Positions 27,289 to 34,419 of a DNA stretch of 47,347 nucleotides are shown here, one piece after another. The stretch is from a virus. The position numbers were made by a program, and so were the translations under genes. The stretch lies in the IMG/VR virus record IMGVR_UViG_3300023281_000775, positions 1 through 47,347 of that record; one strand, given 5' to 3'. How positions within the stretch are numbered: position 1 is the stretch's first letter; each line of letters begins with the position of its first letter. Below the pieces are notes generated by a model, which was not told where the DNA came from, did not search any database, and saw only the letters and a program-made list of their open reading frames with translations.

Positions 27289-27533
27289 TTTTTCTTTTTT
27301 CCTCGCCGTTCCTTCCAATCTTTATGCACGTTAAAAATAATATTGATACCGACTAAGGCGCTAATCAGCAAACCTAAAACCCTCGCGATATCGTCGCCAC
27401 TTATTAAAAATAAACCTATGTCGTAAATCCTATCGAAATAACTTATGTACTCACTGGGGACGATTGTCGCGGCCAGTATTCCCACACCGCCGACAACCCC
27501 CGTCGATACTGCGTCGCTCGCGTTGTAATGCAT
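27285..27533 (-). CDS. Holin-like small membrane protein
   Basis: 82 aa from ATG 27533, with hydrophobic segments GVVGGVGILAATIV, IGLFLISG and VLGLLISALVGINIIF, and a highly basic tail KDWKERRGKKKK. It is translationally coupled to the endolysin. Confidence 0.6.
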   Translation of the reverse strand: MHYNASDAVSTGVVGGVGILAATIVPSEYISYFDRIYDIGLFLISGDDIARVLGLLISALVGINIIFNVHKDWKERRGKKKK

Positions 27534-27574
27534 GTATAACCCTGCCAAGTGTTATCGATGACATATAGAGTGCG

Positions 27575-28006
27575 TTAACCGTTAGGGCCATTAAAACCCA
27601 GGCGTGTCCGTACAATTCCGCTGAACACATCACTCCCACCTATTAATACCAGTATTTGGATTATGTTTATCGAATGAGTCACAAAATAATAGGGAACCCA
27701 GTCATAAAAATCATAATATAGGCCGAGACTTCCAAACACACATAAAAATAGCCCTATCAGAAATAATATAGGAATTATTGCATAGGACGCAATAACCGGC
27801 ATACAGCACAAAGCGACGGTATTTAGCCCCGCTATTAGCAAATAGGCCAAGATAGCGGGCATCTCTATCGCGTAGGGGTCCAAAACAACCCCCAATACCA
27901 GCGTGATAGCACAAATCCAGCACACTTGACGCTTTCGGGTATTTTCCGGGGAGTTCAGGAAAACCGCGGCCGCACAAAACGCGGCATAGACGAGAAACAA
28001 AACCAT
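27575..28006 (-). CDS. Polytopic membrane protein (about 4 TM), function unknown
   Basis: I prefer ATG 28006, preceded by AAGGA, to the TTG-initiated track start 28150. Sequence: MVLFLVYAAFCAAAVFL...AITLVLGVVL...ILAYLLIAGLNTVALCCMPVIASYAIIPILFLIGLFLCVFGSLGLYY. Confidence 0.6.
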   Translation of the reverse strand: MVLFLVYAAFCAAAVFLNSPENTRKRQVCWICAITLVLGVVLDPYAIEMPAILAYLLIAGLNTVALCCMPVIASYAIIPILFLIGLFLCVFGSLGLYYDFYDWVPYYFVTHSINIIQILVLIGGSDVFSGIVRTRLGFNGPNG

Positions 28007-28040
28007 ACAGCTATCCTTTTGTATGAGCCGATAAATCGGG

Positions 28041-28069
28041 ACTATACCCAGGTTACGCACCACACACAA
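28041..28069 (-). promoter_or_regulatory. Candidate sigma70-type promoter for the late/lysis arm
   Basis: The minus strand reads TTGTGT-17 nt-TATAGT (gtgTTGTGTgtggtgcgtaacctgggTATAGTccc), about 35 nt upstream of ATG 28006. Confidence 0.35.
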
Positions 28070-28347
28070 CACATCACAGAACGCGCGTAATCTCCCAAAG
28101 TCGCGCGATATGTTCCACGGTTCAGACCGGGGCGCCAAATCCCCTACCAATAATTACGGGAGATAATCGGTCGTTTTTTGTGCTGTCCACCCGGCCCACC
28201 GGGACCGGTTTTCTATTTGATATAAATAAAAAATACACTGTCGCCTTACAATGTTATCTAACACGACATAGTCACCTAATAGAACATTATAAGACGACAC
28301 ATAACAATTACTATAAAACTTATATATATAGTAGGACAGTAGGACAG

Positions 28348-28367
28348 TATAGTTATATATAACTATA
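28348..28367. repeat. Perfect 20-bp palindrome TATAGTTATATATAACTATA in an AT-rich tract
   Basis: Read directly. It abuts the tandem GTAGGACA repeat and lies in the strongly AT-rich stretch at about 28205-28390. Confidence 0.9.
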
Positions 28368-28444
28368 AGCTATTGATTTTGTGGAATTAAAAAAGTGTCC
28401 CCCCTATCCGTAATAAGTCGGACACCCTGGGGACGGTTGGACAG

Positions 28445-28484
28445 AAAAAAGTGCGCGATACGCATAACCCCACAAAACGTGGGG
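28445..28484 (-). terminator. Candidate terminator downstream of the primase-helicase gene
   Basis: The minus strand reads CCCCAC-GUUUU-GUGGGG, then UGCG-UAUCG-CGCA followed by CUUUUUU. The first hairpin also has a TTTT run in the plus orientation. Confidence 0.4.
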
Positions 28485-28512
28485 TTTTAGGGGGGACACC
28501 CAAGGGAAATTT

Positions 28513-30750
28513 TTAAAAGAGGGGGGACACGGTCGCGGGCGGTTTTGGGCCTTCCATAATCCGCTTTATTTCGGCGTCTGAATGATTATTTTTGGGGTTA
28601 AGGTTCCACGGGTAAACCCGTTTACCGTTTATCCGACGGCGGCTATATCGCGTGCATTCCTCCTGTAATAACTTAGTGATTTGCTTCTCGCTGATCCCCT
28701 CGTCCATAAGGTCGCCATCTCCCGATTTCTCTAACGCTTCGACTACCTCCGCGTGTGTCATAATCTCGCGCGGTGGGTTCGCCAGTAGCTCGAAGAACGC
28801 CGCCTCGCTATGGTTGCGCCCGTAATCAATCATTCGTTGACGGGCCGCCGTATCCATAGACCGCTGAAAGTTCCACCCCCGCAACTCGTACCGCTTTAAC
28901 CAGTTAAAGAGCTCCGCGATAGCGGTATCGTCGGCCAGCCAGGCCCCGTACCGGGTAAAGTAATCCAACCCCTTGATAACCTCGGGGCCTTCGAATACGT
29001 TAAGGCGCCTATCCTGGGGCGGTATGCGATAGGCGTCGAAGTGGTTCGACATAAGAAAAATTCGGCTGTAGACGTTCGTCGTCCCTTTAAACCCCCACTT
29101 AACATTGATCGGTAAGACGTCCTCGGCCAAGGTATCGCGAGTCTTGTCAGAGACCTCGAAGCGGCGGTTACCGTCCCCTTTTGCCTCGTCAAGGAACACG
29201 AACAACGATTCGTATAAATACTCGTTATAGTCACCGTCGATCAATGCGGACGCGCTGGTTTTCTTACAATTCCACTGTCCAAAAAGGCGGGCGATAGTCT
29301 TAGTCAGTAGACCTCGGCCCGCCCCGTGTTGGCGTGCAATATGGAGGGGGGAAACCTGGGGGCGTTCGCTGGGCCGCTGTGCAACATGGGCGAGCCACTG
29401 TAAGAACCATTGGCGCTCGGCCGGGTTGGGGAATAAATAATCGACATGGTCGAGAAACGGCTTAATCCTGTCCGAGCTCGTCACGGCTAAATGGTTGGGG
29501 AATGCGAAGGTATTATAATAGCTTTGCCCCTCCGCACTATACAACCGGTCGTTACCGGGGGCGTATGCCTTTTGAACGGCCGTTTTGCGGAGTGGGTCCA
29601 TAAGCCACAATTGGGCCACTGGAACCTTTTTGGTCGTCGGTTTTCCCGTCGGGGTTAATGCTGGCGTCTTGATCCGAACGTTAGCCAGTAGGTTTTTAAA
29701 CTCCGACAGTTTCCGTATCGCGTTGTGCGGCAATTGGCGCGTATCCGCCACGACATCACCCTCCCCGATGTAGATATAATTTTCCAATGTGTCGGCGAGT
29801 GGGTCGTCGCCGTGTATCTTGACCCCGGTCTCGTCGATCAGTGATCGGAAAGTGACGACGTTACCCGACTCGCGCTCGTCGTCGAACGTTGGCCATTTAG
29901 CCTCGAGGTCGTCTTTTTTGTAGTGCGGGCTTTGCTTACTCCACGTATGCCAAAGGGCGAGCCCCTTACGGTCCCCCTCGTATTGGTGGTGTAACGACAT
30001 TCCCACACGTACCCAATCGTCATAAGTCGTTGTATCGGTTACGGGAAGATTCGCCAGTACTAACGCGATATGCTCGTCGGATAAATCTGTCGGAGGCTTG
30101 ATCGAGGCCAACACACCACCGGAAAAATCCGACGTGTTGGCTAATTTTTGAGCGCCTTCGGTATCGTATCCCGCCGCTCGAGCCAGTCGCTCGAATTCGG
30201 AAAAGATAGCCTTAATATTAGCGCTGTCGATTATGGGTATGGCCGATATCTGCCATTCGTGAAGGGGTGAACCCTCCCAAACATAGTCCGATAGGGTATC
30301 GGGGTGGATCCCGTAAGCAACGAACTGTTGACCGAGGCCGAGCGCTTCTACCCGGTACCCTTTGGGGTAACTGGCGGCGGCAAACGTAGCGCTTACCGAT
30401 TTCGGCCGGTCGCTGACATCGGACCTATACACAAGTAACGTTTTTGGCTTATCCCCATAGCGTACGGGGCAGAGACCGAATTCAAACATACAGTAATTAA
30501 CAAGACTATCCACAATGGCCGGGTCTTTACAATCTATGTCGACACCGCAAAAGCGACCGGTCTTAACACCAACGCCCTGGCCTGGGGCGCTTATCCATCG
30601 GCGTACAAGCTCACAATTTGATTCGATAGTCTGCCAGGACTTGATACTCGGCGCTTTTGACTCGGGGCGTATTGGTATTATAGGAAATCCGTGGTCGTGT
30701 AACGGTTTACCGTAGGCCTGCATAAAATTTGTGTTGCCCGCACTTGACAT
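28513..30750 (-). CDS. Bifunctional primase-polymerase / SF3-type helicase (Prim-Pol N domain, PriCT-2-like, P-loop NTPase C domain)
   Basis: The N-terminus HGFPIIPIRPESKAPSIKSW...GVKTGRFCGVDIDCKD has prim-pol motifs. YDDWVRVGMSLHHQYEG...LWHTWS is PriCT-2-like. The C domain has a Walker B FVFLDEA but an atypical P-loop, QHGAGRGLLT. Confidence 0.8.
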   Translation of the reverse strand: MSSAGNTNFMQAYGKPLHDHGFPIIPIRPESKAPSIKSWQTIESNCELVRRWISAPGQGVGVKTGRFCGVDIDCKDPAIVDSLVNYCMFEFGLCPVRYGDKPKTLLVYRSDVSDRPKSVSATFAAASYPKGYRVEALGLGQQFVAYGIHPDTLSDYVWEGSPLHEWQISAIPIIDSANIKAIFSEFERLARAAGYDTEGAQKLANTSDFSGGVLASIKPPTDLSDEHIALVLANLPVTDTTTYDDWVRVGMSLHHQYEGDRKGLALWHTWSKQSPHYKKDDLEAKWPTFDDERESGNVVTFRSLIDETGVKIHGDDPLADTLENYIYIGEGDVVADTRQLPHNAIRKLSEFKNLLANVRIKTPALTPTGKPTTKKVPVAQLWLMDPLRKTAVQKAYAPGNDRLYSAEGQSYYNTFAFPNHLAVTSSDRIKPFLDHVDYLFPNPAERQWFLQWLAHVAQRPSERPQVSPLHIARQHGAGRGLLTKTIARLFGQWNCKKTSASALIDGDYNEYLYESLFVFLDEAKGDGNRRFEVSDKTRDTLAEDVLPINVKWGFKGTTNVYSRIFLMSNHFDAYRIPPQDRRLNVFEGPEVIKGLDYFTRYGAWLADDTAIAELFNWLKRYELRGWNFQRSMDTAARQRMIDYGRNHSEAAFFELLANPPREIMTHAEVVEALEKSGDGDLMDEGISEKQITKLLQEECTRYSRRRINGKRVYPWNLNPKNNHSDAEIKRIMEGPKPPATVSPLF

Positions 30751-30780
30751 ATAAAATACTCGCTCTCTATGTAGTTTGAT

Positions 30781-30790
30781 TTTGCGCTAG
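30781..30790. promoter_or_regulatory. Operator-like site TTTGCGCTAG (copy 1), part of GCGC-TAGTG-GCGC
   Basis: Exact 10-mer shared with 31203-31212. It lies between the XRE gene stop and the primase start. Confidence 0.4.
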
Positions 30791-30796
30791 TGGCGC

Positions 30797-30818
30797 CCCG
30801 CTATTTGGCGATAGCGGG
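30797..30818. other. Perfect 8-bp hairpin CCCGCTAT-TTGGCG-ATAGCGGG between the XRE and primase genes
   Basis: Read directly. It is followed by TTATTTAT only in the plus orientation; in the minus (gene) orientation no U-tract follows. Confidence 0.6.
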
Positions 30819-30825
30819 TTATTTA

Positions 30826-31173
30826 TCACCACCCCCGGAAGTGTCCGTCGTCGCCCTCGTCACCGTCTCCGCCGTCGTCCTCCTCTTCGCCCTCCCTCGC
30901 GTCGTCCACGAGTTCGGCTAATTTTCGCCCGTTTTCTTCGAGTTCCGCGTCCCATTCTTCCCGCCGCTTACGGGCATCGGCGACCGCGTCGAGAAAATCG
31001 TCGAGCGCCATATCGTAAGCTTTCGCCAAATTGCGGGCCGAGTCGACGCTTACCCCTTGGACACCATTCTCGACCCGGCTTACCGTACTGTGTGATACCC
31101 CCGTTTTTTGAGCGATGTCGTATATCGTTAAATTTAACGCCTTTCGACGCTGTCTTAATACGTTGTTTTCCAT
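30826..31173 (-). CDS. XRE-family HTH transcriptional regulator with acidic C-terminal tail
   Basis: LRQRRKALNLTIYDIAQKTGVSHSTVSRVENGVQGVSVDSARNLAKAY is a classic Cro/CI-type HTH. ATG 31173 is preferred to the TTG at 31176. Confidence 0.85.
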   Translation of the reverse strand: MENNVLRQRRKALNLTIYDIAQKTGVSHSTVSRVENGVQGVSVDSARNLAKAYDMALDDFLDAVADARKRREEWDAELEENGRKLAELVDDAREGEEEDDGGDGDEGDDGHFRGW

Positions 31174-31202
31174 CAAATTAGTCCCAGTTTAAAGGCGTAA
31201 AG

Positions 31203-31218
31203 TTTGCGCTAGACGCAA
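31203..31218. promoter_or_regulatory. Operator-like palindrome TTGCG-CTAGA-CGCAA (contains TTTGCGCTAG copy 2)
   Basis: Inverted repeat in the divergent control region between the XRE gene and the early operon. Confidence 0.45.
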
Positions 31219-31232
31219 CATAAAAGCAAGTA

Positions 31233-31261
31233 TTGCGCGCCGTGTAAGACCGTGGTATAGT
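31233..31261 (+). promoter_or_regulatory. Candidate early promoter (TTGCGC-17 nt-TATAGT with TGn extended -10)
   Basis: ttgcgcgccgtgtaagaccgTGgTATAGT, about 48 nt upstream of ATG 31309. It shares its architecture with 38417-38445. Confidence 0.5.
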
Positions 31262-31308
31262 GCGTCCCACACAACAAATCACAGCGTAAAACGAAAGGAA
31301 AAAGGACT

Positions 31309-31716
31309 ATGTTAGAAAGTAAAATCGACGCGTTAACAGTAGCAATAAATACGCTTAACGACACCATGCAAAAAATAGGTTTGCCGACTAAACCGCCCAA
31401 ACCCCACGCGGACCCCGGCGGCGAGTCCCAAGATATCGGCCTCCCAACCAAACCCCCCGAGACGGCAATCGACCTTAACCCAATCTCTGGCGAGCCTGTA
31501 AACGTGCAACCGGAGAAACCCGCCGAGCCACAATTCACCATCGACCAAGTAAAGAAGGCGTTAACGGTCGTCGTCGAAAAGCACGCCCTAAAATTTCAGG
31601 CGGCTACCGGGATCCTGGCCCGGTTTGGCGTGGCTACCGTACCGGCTCTTAAGCCCGAGCAGTACGCCGACGTTATTAAGAAGTGCGCCGCCGTGTTAAA
31701 AGGGGAGGCAATCTAA
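31309..31716 (+). CDS. First early protein, function unknown (Pro-rich repeat N half, helical C domain)
   Basis: 135 aa with AAAGGA upstream. The repeat IGLPTKPP occurs twice. Confidence 0.65.
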   Translation: MLESKIDALTVAINTLNDTMQKIGLPTKPPKPHADPGGESQDIGLPTKPPETAIDLNPISGEPVNVQPEKPAEPQFTIDQVKKALTVVVEKHALKFQAATGILARFGVATVPALKPEQYADVIKKCAAVLKGEAI

Positions 31717-31717
31717 A

Positions 31718-33412
31718 ATGGCCACAAGCCCTAAGCTAAAGTTTAGGGCTTCCGACGCGCACCGCTGGACTGATTGTTTAGCGTCCGTACGTGAGGAAGC
31801 CCGACGACCAAAGGAAGAAAACGCCTATGCCACCGACGGTATTGTCTTCCACGAAATTATCGAACCGTACACTAAACGACTCGACCCGATGTACGTCCCC
31901 GGCTGTCCGATCCCTGTCGTCGGTAGCCTGGTCACCGTCGACGGCGTAGAACATGAGGTAACCGACGAACACATAACGAACGTCGACCAATGCTTGGACT
32001 ACCTAAGCATGATTATCGAGCAAATCCCACACGAGAGGTTCTCGATATTAACCGAGGTTAAGGTCGACTATGGTACGTGGACCGTCGACGGCCAAATCGG
32101 GTACATCGATGTTGTTATAATCGACCGCGCCAACCGGGTACTCCACATACTCGATACCAAGTACGGGAAGGGTATCGAGGTTTACGCGGTCAAAAACGCC
32201 CAAGAAAGTTTATACGCCCTGGGGGCTATCCAGCAATTAGGGATATTCGAGGAAACCTTCGAGTCCGTCGAACTGCATATTATGCAACCCAGGCGGGACC
32301 ACTTCGACAAGTGGGTAACCACCGAGGACGAGCTCAACGCCTGGGGAGCCGAGACGAAAGCTATCGCCGACCGTATTATCGCCAGTGATGATCTACCCTT
32401 TAACCCGGCGGGTAAAACATGTAGGTTTTGTAAAGCGAAAAGTGATTGCCGAGCGTTAGCCGAGGGCGCTTTGTCGACTGTTTCCGCGGGTTTCGAGAAT
32501 ATTGTAGAGTCGTTTGACGCTATCGATAAACGTACCGCGATAACCCTACGCGAGGTACCCCCACTTACCCCCGAGGAAATATTCAACGTTTACCATAATA
32601 TCGACATGGTCCGCGTATTCCTTAAAGCGATTGAGGGGAGAGCTTACGGGTTGTACCGAGGCGGTAACGCGCCAGAAAATAACGGTTGTAAGCTCGTGCA
32701 CGGTAAGACTAACCGCGTGTGGTTGGATGAGAAGAAAGCCGACGCCGCTATCGGCCGCCAGAAAATCGGCGATAAGAAAATCGACAGCAAGACCCGGCGC
32801 GAACCATGGAAGTTAAAAAGCCCCGCCAAAATTGAGAAGCTGATCGGTAAAGATCATAAGATAATGCAAACACACGTCGATAAACCGCCAGGCGCGCCGA
32901 CGTTGGTACTATTATCGGATAAACGCCCGGCGATTAACGTCGTCGAGGACGCGGTCGACGGATTCGTCGGCGCCGAAGAGGGGAGCCTAACCGAAGGCGA
33001 CGTCCAATATTTCCCCTTGGGCGAGGCCGATCTAATGCTCGACTCGTCCAACCTTAACACCGAGCCGTTAGCTCTTGACGGACACACCCCATTCGATAAA
33101 CAGACCGACGGACAGGCGCGTATGGACTTCCTCGACAAAGACGGGGAAATCGTCGGCGGCCTGGGATTCGATAAGGATACCGGCGAAATGCTAAAACGCG
33201 ACCCGGACAATCCCAGGGGCGGCGAGCCGTGTGAATTTGTTGACATCCCAACTAACGTGGCCGCCGTGACGCACGACCCCTCCAACATGGCAGTAACCGA
33301 AGAACGCGACGTCGGAGAAATCGGGGGCCACTTTCTCGACGAGGCTTTCGACGATTCCGACTATCAAAAAATTAAACCGGTTAGCTTGTTCGACGAGGCC
33401 GATAATGAGTAG
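31718..33412 (+). CDS. PD-(D/E)XK nuclease, Cas4-like with Fe-S cysteines (DUF2800-like), plus long acidic C-terminal extension
   Basis: FRASDAHRWTDC (N-terminal Cys), IDVVIIDRANRVLHILDTKYGKG (D...DxK) and GKTCRFCKAKSDC (CxxCx5C). Confidence 0.75.
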   Translation: MATSPKLKFRASDAHRWTDCLASVREEARRPKEENAYATDGIVFHEIIEPYTKRLDPMYVPGCPIPVVGSLVTVDGVEHEVTDEHITNVDQCLDYLSMIIEQIPHERFSILTEVKVDYGTWTVDGQIGYIDVVIIDRANRVLHILDTKYGKGIEVYAVKNAQESLYALGAIQQLGIFEETFESVELHIMQPRRDHFDKWVTTEDELNAWGAETKAIADRIIASDDLPFNPAGKTCRFCKAKSDCRALAEGALSTVSAGFENIVESFDAIDKRTAITLREVPPLTPEEIFNVYHNIDMVRVFLKAIEGRAYGLYRGGNAPENNGCKLVHGKTNRVWLDEKKADAAIGRQKIGDKKIDSKTRREPWKLKSPAKIEKLIGKDHKIMQTHVDKPPGAPTLVLLSDKRPAINVVEDAVDGFVGAEEGSLTEGDVQYFPLGEADLMLDSSNLNTEPLALDGHTPFDKQTDGQARMDFLDKDGEIVGGLGFDKDTGEMLKRDPDNPRGGEPCEFVDIPTNVAAVTHDPSNMAVTEERDVGEIGGHFLDEAFDDSDYQKIKPVSLFDEADNE

Positions 33413-33617
33413 CGAGGAGGTCACAGTAACGGTGCGAGTAGGTACCGGGTACTCTGGCATCACCCCCACTAGCGAATTCGACATGGACCGCGAGGCGTGG
33501 GAAGCTATGAGCGTCAAGGAACAAGAGTCGCTATGTCTCGACGAGGTTTTCGAGCTGATCGATTGGGGCTATCAAGTAAAAGATAAGGAACACATCGCCG
33601 ACAACCCAAAAACGTAA
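33405..33617 (+). CDS. Hypothetical protein
   Basis: 70-aa acidic ORF whose ATG overlaps the end of the nuclease gene. Confidence 0.5.
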   Translation: MSSEEVTVTVRVGTGYSGITPTSEFDMDREAWEAMSVKEQESLCLDEVFELIDWGYQVKDKEHIADNPKT

Positions 33618-33642
33618 ACCCGACCAACAAAAGTGAGAGACT

Positions 33643-33906
33643 ATGATTAGATTAATTTTATTATTTCCGTTAGCCCTTTTGGCGTGTTCGACAGTACCGA
33701 GCGGAGGTTACCAAATCCACCACGACCCGTTAACCGTGGTCGAGTTGCGAATGTCTGCCGACGACAGACAAAAGGGTACCATCGTAATCACCGACCGCGC
33801 CCGGCTCCGTACCGAGTCCCACGAACTTAACATAAGTACGGGTTACCTCGTGACGCCAGAGGAGTACCATTTTTTAGTTAACATCGGGAGAATATCCGAG
33901 GAGTAG
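33643..33906 (+). CDS. Small lipoprotein
   Basis: Signal peptide with lipobox, MIRLILLFPLALLAC-S. Confidence 0.6.
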   Translation: MIRLILLFPLALLACSTVPSGGYQIHHDPLTVVELRMSADDRQKGTIVITDRARLRTESHELNISTGYLVTPEEYHFLVNIGRISEE

Positions 33907-33911
33907 CCGGT

Positions 33912-34118
33912 ATGACGCCATACATAGTCGTTATGGATTTGTACGGGTTACCGGTAGCCTTACCCGTCGGGGGTTTCGCGCTAAAACTCGAATCACATAA
34001 CTATATTAATGCCCACTATGGGGGCCAAATCTATCGCCTCCACGGGAGCGAATCCGTGGACAGCGTTCTCGACAAGATAGACAAAGCCCTATCGGAGAAT
34101 AAGTGTGCAAGACTCTAA
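33912..34118 (+). CDS. Hypothetical protein
   Basis: 68-aa ORF with GAGGAG upstream. Confidence 0.5.
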   Translation: MTPYIVVMDLYGLPVALPVGGFALKLESHNYINAHYGGQIYRLHGSESVDSVLDKIDKALSENKCARL

Positions 34119-34416
34119 AAAACCGCCCACGATTGTCGAAAACCGAGAAACCGACGTTTGCTATTCACAGCGGTACCGCGCCCTCACGCTGGCGGAAGAT
34201 GTCAGAGAGCTCGGGAATCGCGGCGAACCCCTTGGCGAACGCCTCGACGAGCTCACCAAAGTATTGCGCGAAGACAACCCTGGGGGGCCTATGTTGGACT
34301 CTCCCCGGATACAGGCGTTAGTTTGGGCGGATAGGCTTCGCCTTATGCGAACCTCCCAATCCATAACTAACCGGTGCATAAACTCACTTATCAACATATT
34401 AGATGGAGACTTTTAA
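34105..34416 (+). CDS. Hypothetical protein
   Basis: 103-aa ORF with a GTG start preceded by GGAG. The overlapping alternative frame (34103-34321) looks like low-complexity noise. Confidence 0.45.
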   Translation: MQDSKKPPTIVENRETDVCYSQRYRALTLAEDVRELGNRGEPLGERLDELTKVLREDNPGGPMLDSPRIQALVWADRLRLMRTSQSITNRCINSLINILDGDF

Positions 34417-34419
34417 ATT

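Larger units (their letters stand above)
28184..28530. repeat. Cluster of GGACA-core repeats (iteron-like), including three copies of GGGGGGACAC
   Basis: GGACA/TGTCC occurs at 28184, 28334, 28342, 28399 (inverted), 28421, 28440, 28495 and 28526. The 10-mer GGGGGGACAC occurs at 28490-28499 and 28521-28530 (direct) and at 28395-28404 (inverted). GTAGGACA is tandemly repeated at 28331-28346. Confidence 0.7.

Noticed and set aside
27575-28150. The long version of the membrane-protein ORF (191 aa, TTG start), and likewise the long 8487-9194 ORF
   Set aside because: The upstream extensions use weak starts, lack an SD, and either run through promoter-like DNA or overlap the preceding gene by 136 nt. 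The internal ATG 28006 and GTG 9056 have proper contexts.
28331-28530. GGACA/GGGGGGACAC repeats as a CRISPR array
   Set aside because: The repeats are only 5-10 nt, irregularly spaced and partly inverted, and there are no cas genes. They fit iterons or operators better.
30826-31173. The XRE regulator as evidence for a lysogeny module or prophage
   Set aside because: No integrase, excisionase, partition genes or att-like repeats were found, and the contig closes on itself with phage genes all the way round. The regulator alone does not show temperate behaviour.
31209-31548. Minus-strand ORFs 31209-31541 and 31333-31548 in the divergent region
   Set aside because: They are antisense to the first early gene, which has a good SD and a protein-like sequence. 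The minus-strand products are Gly/Leu/Cys low-complexity.
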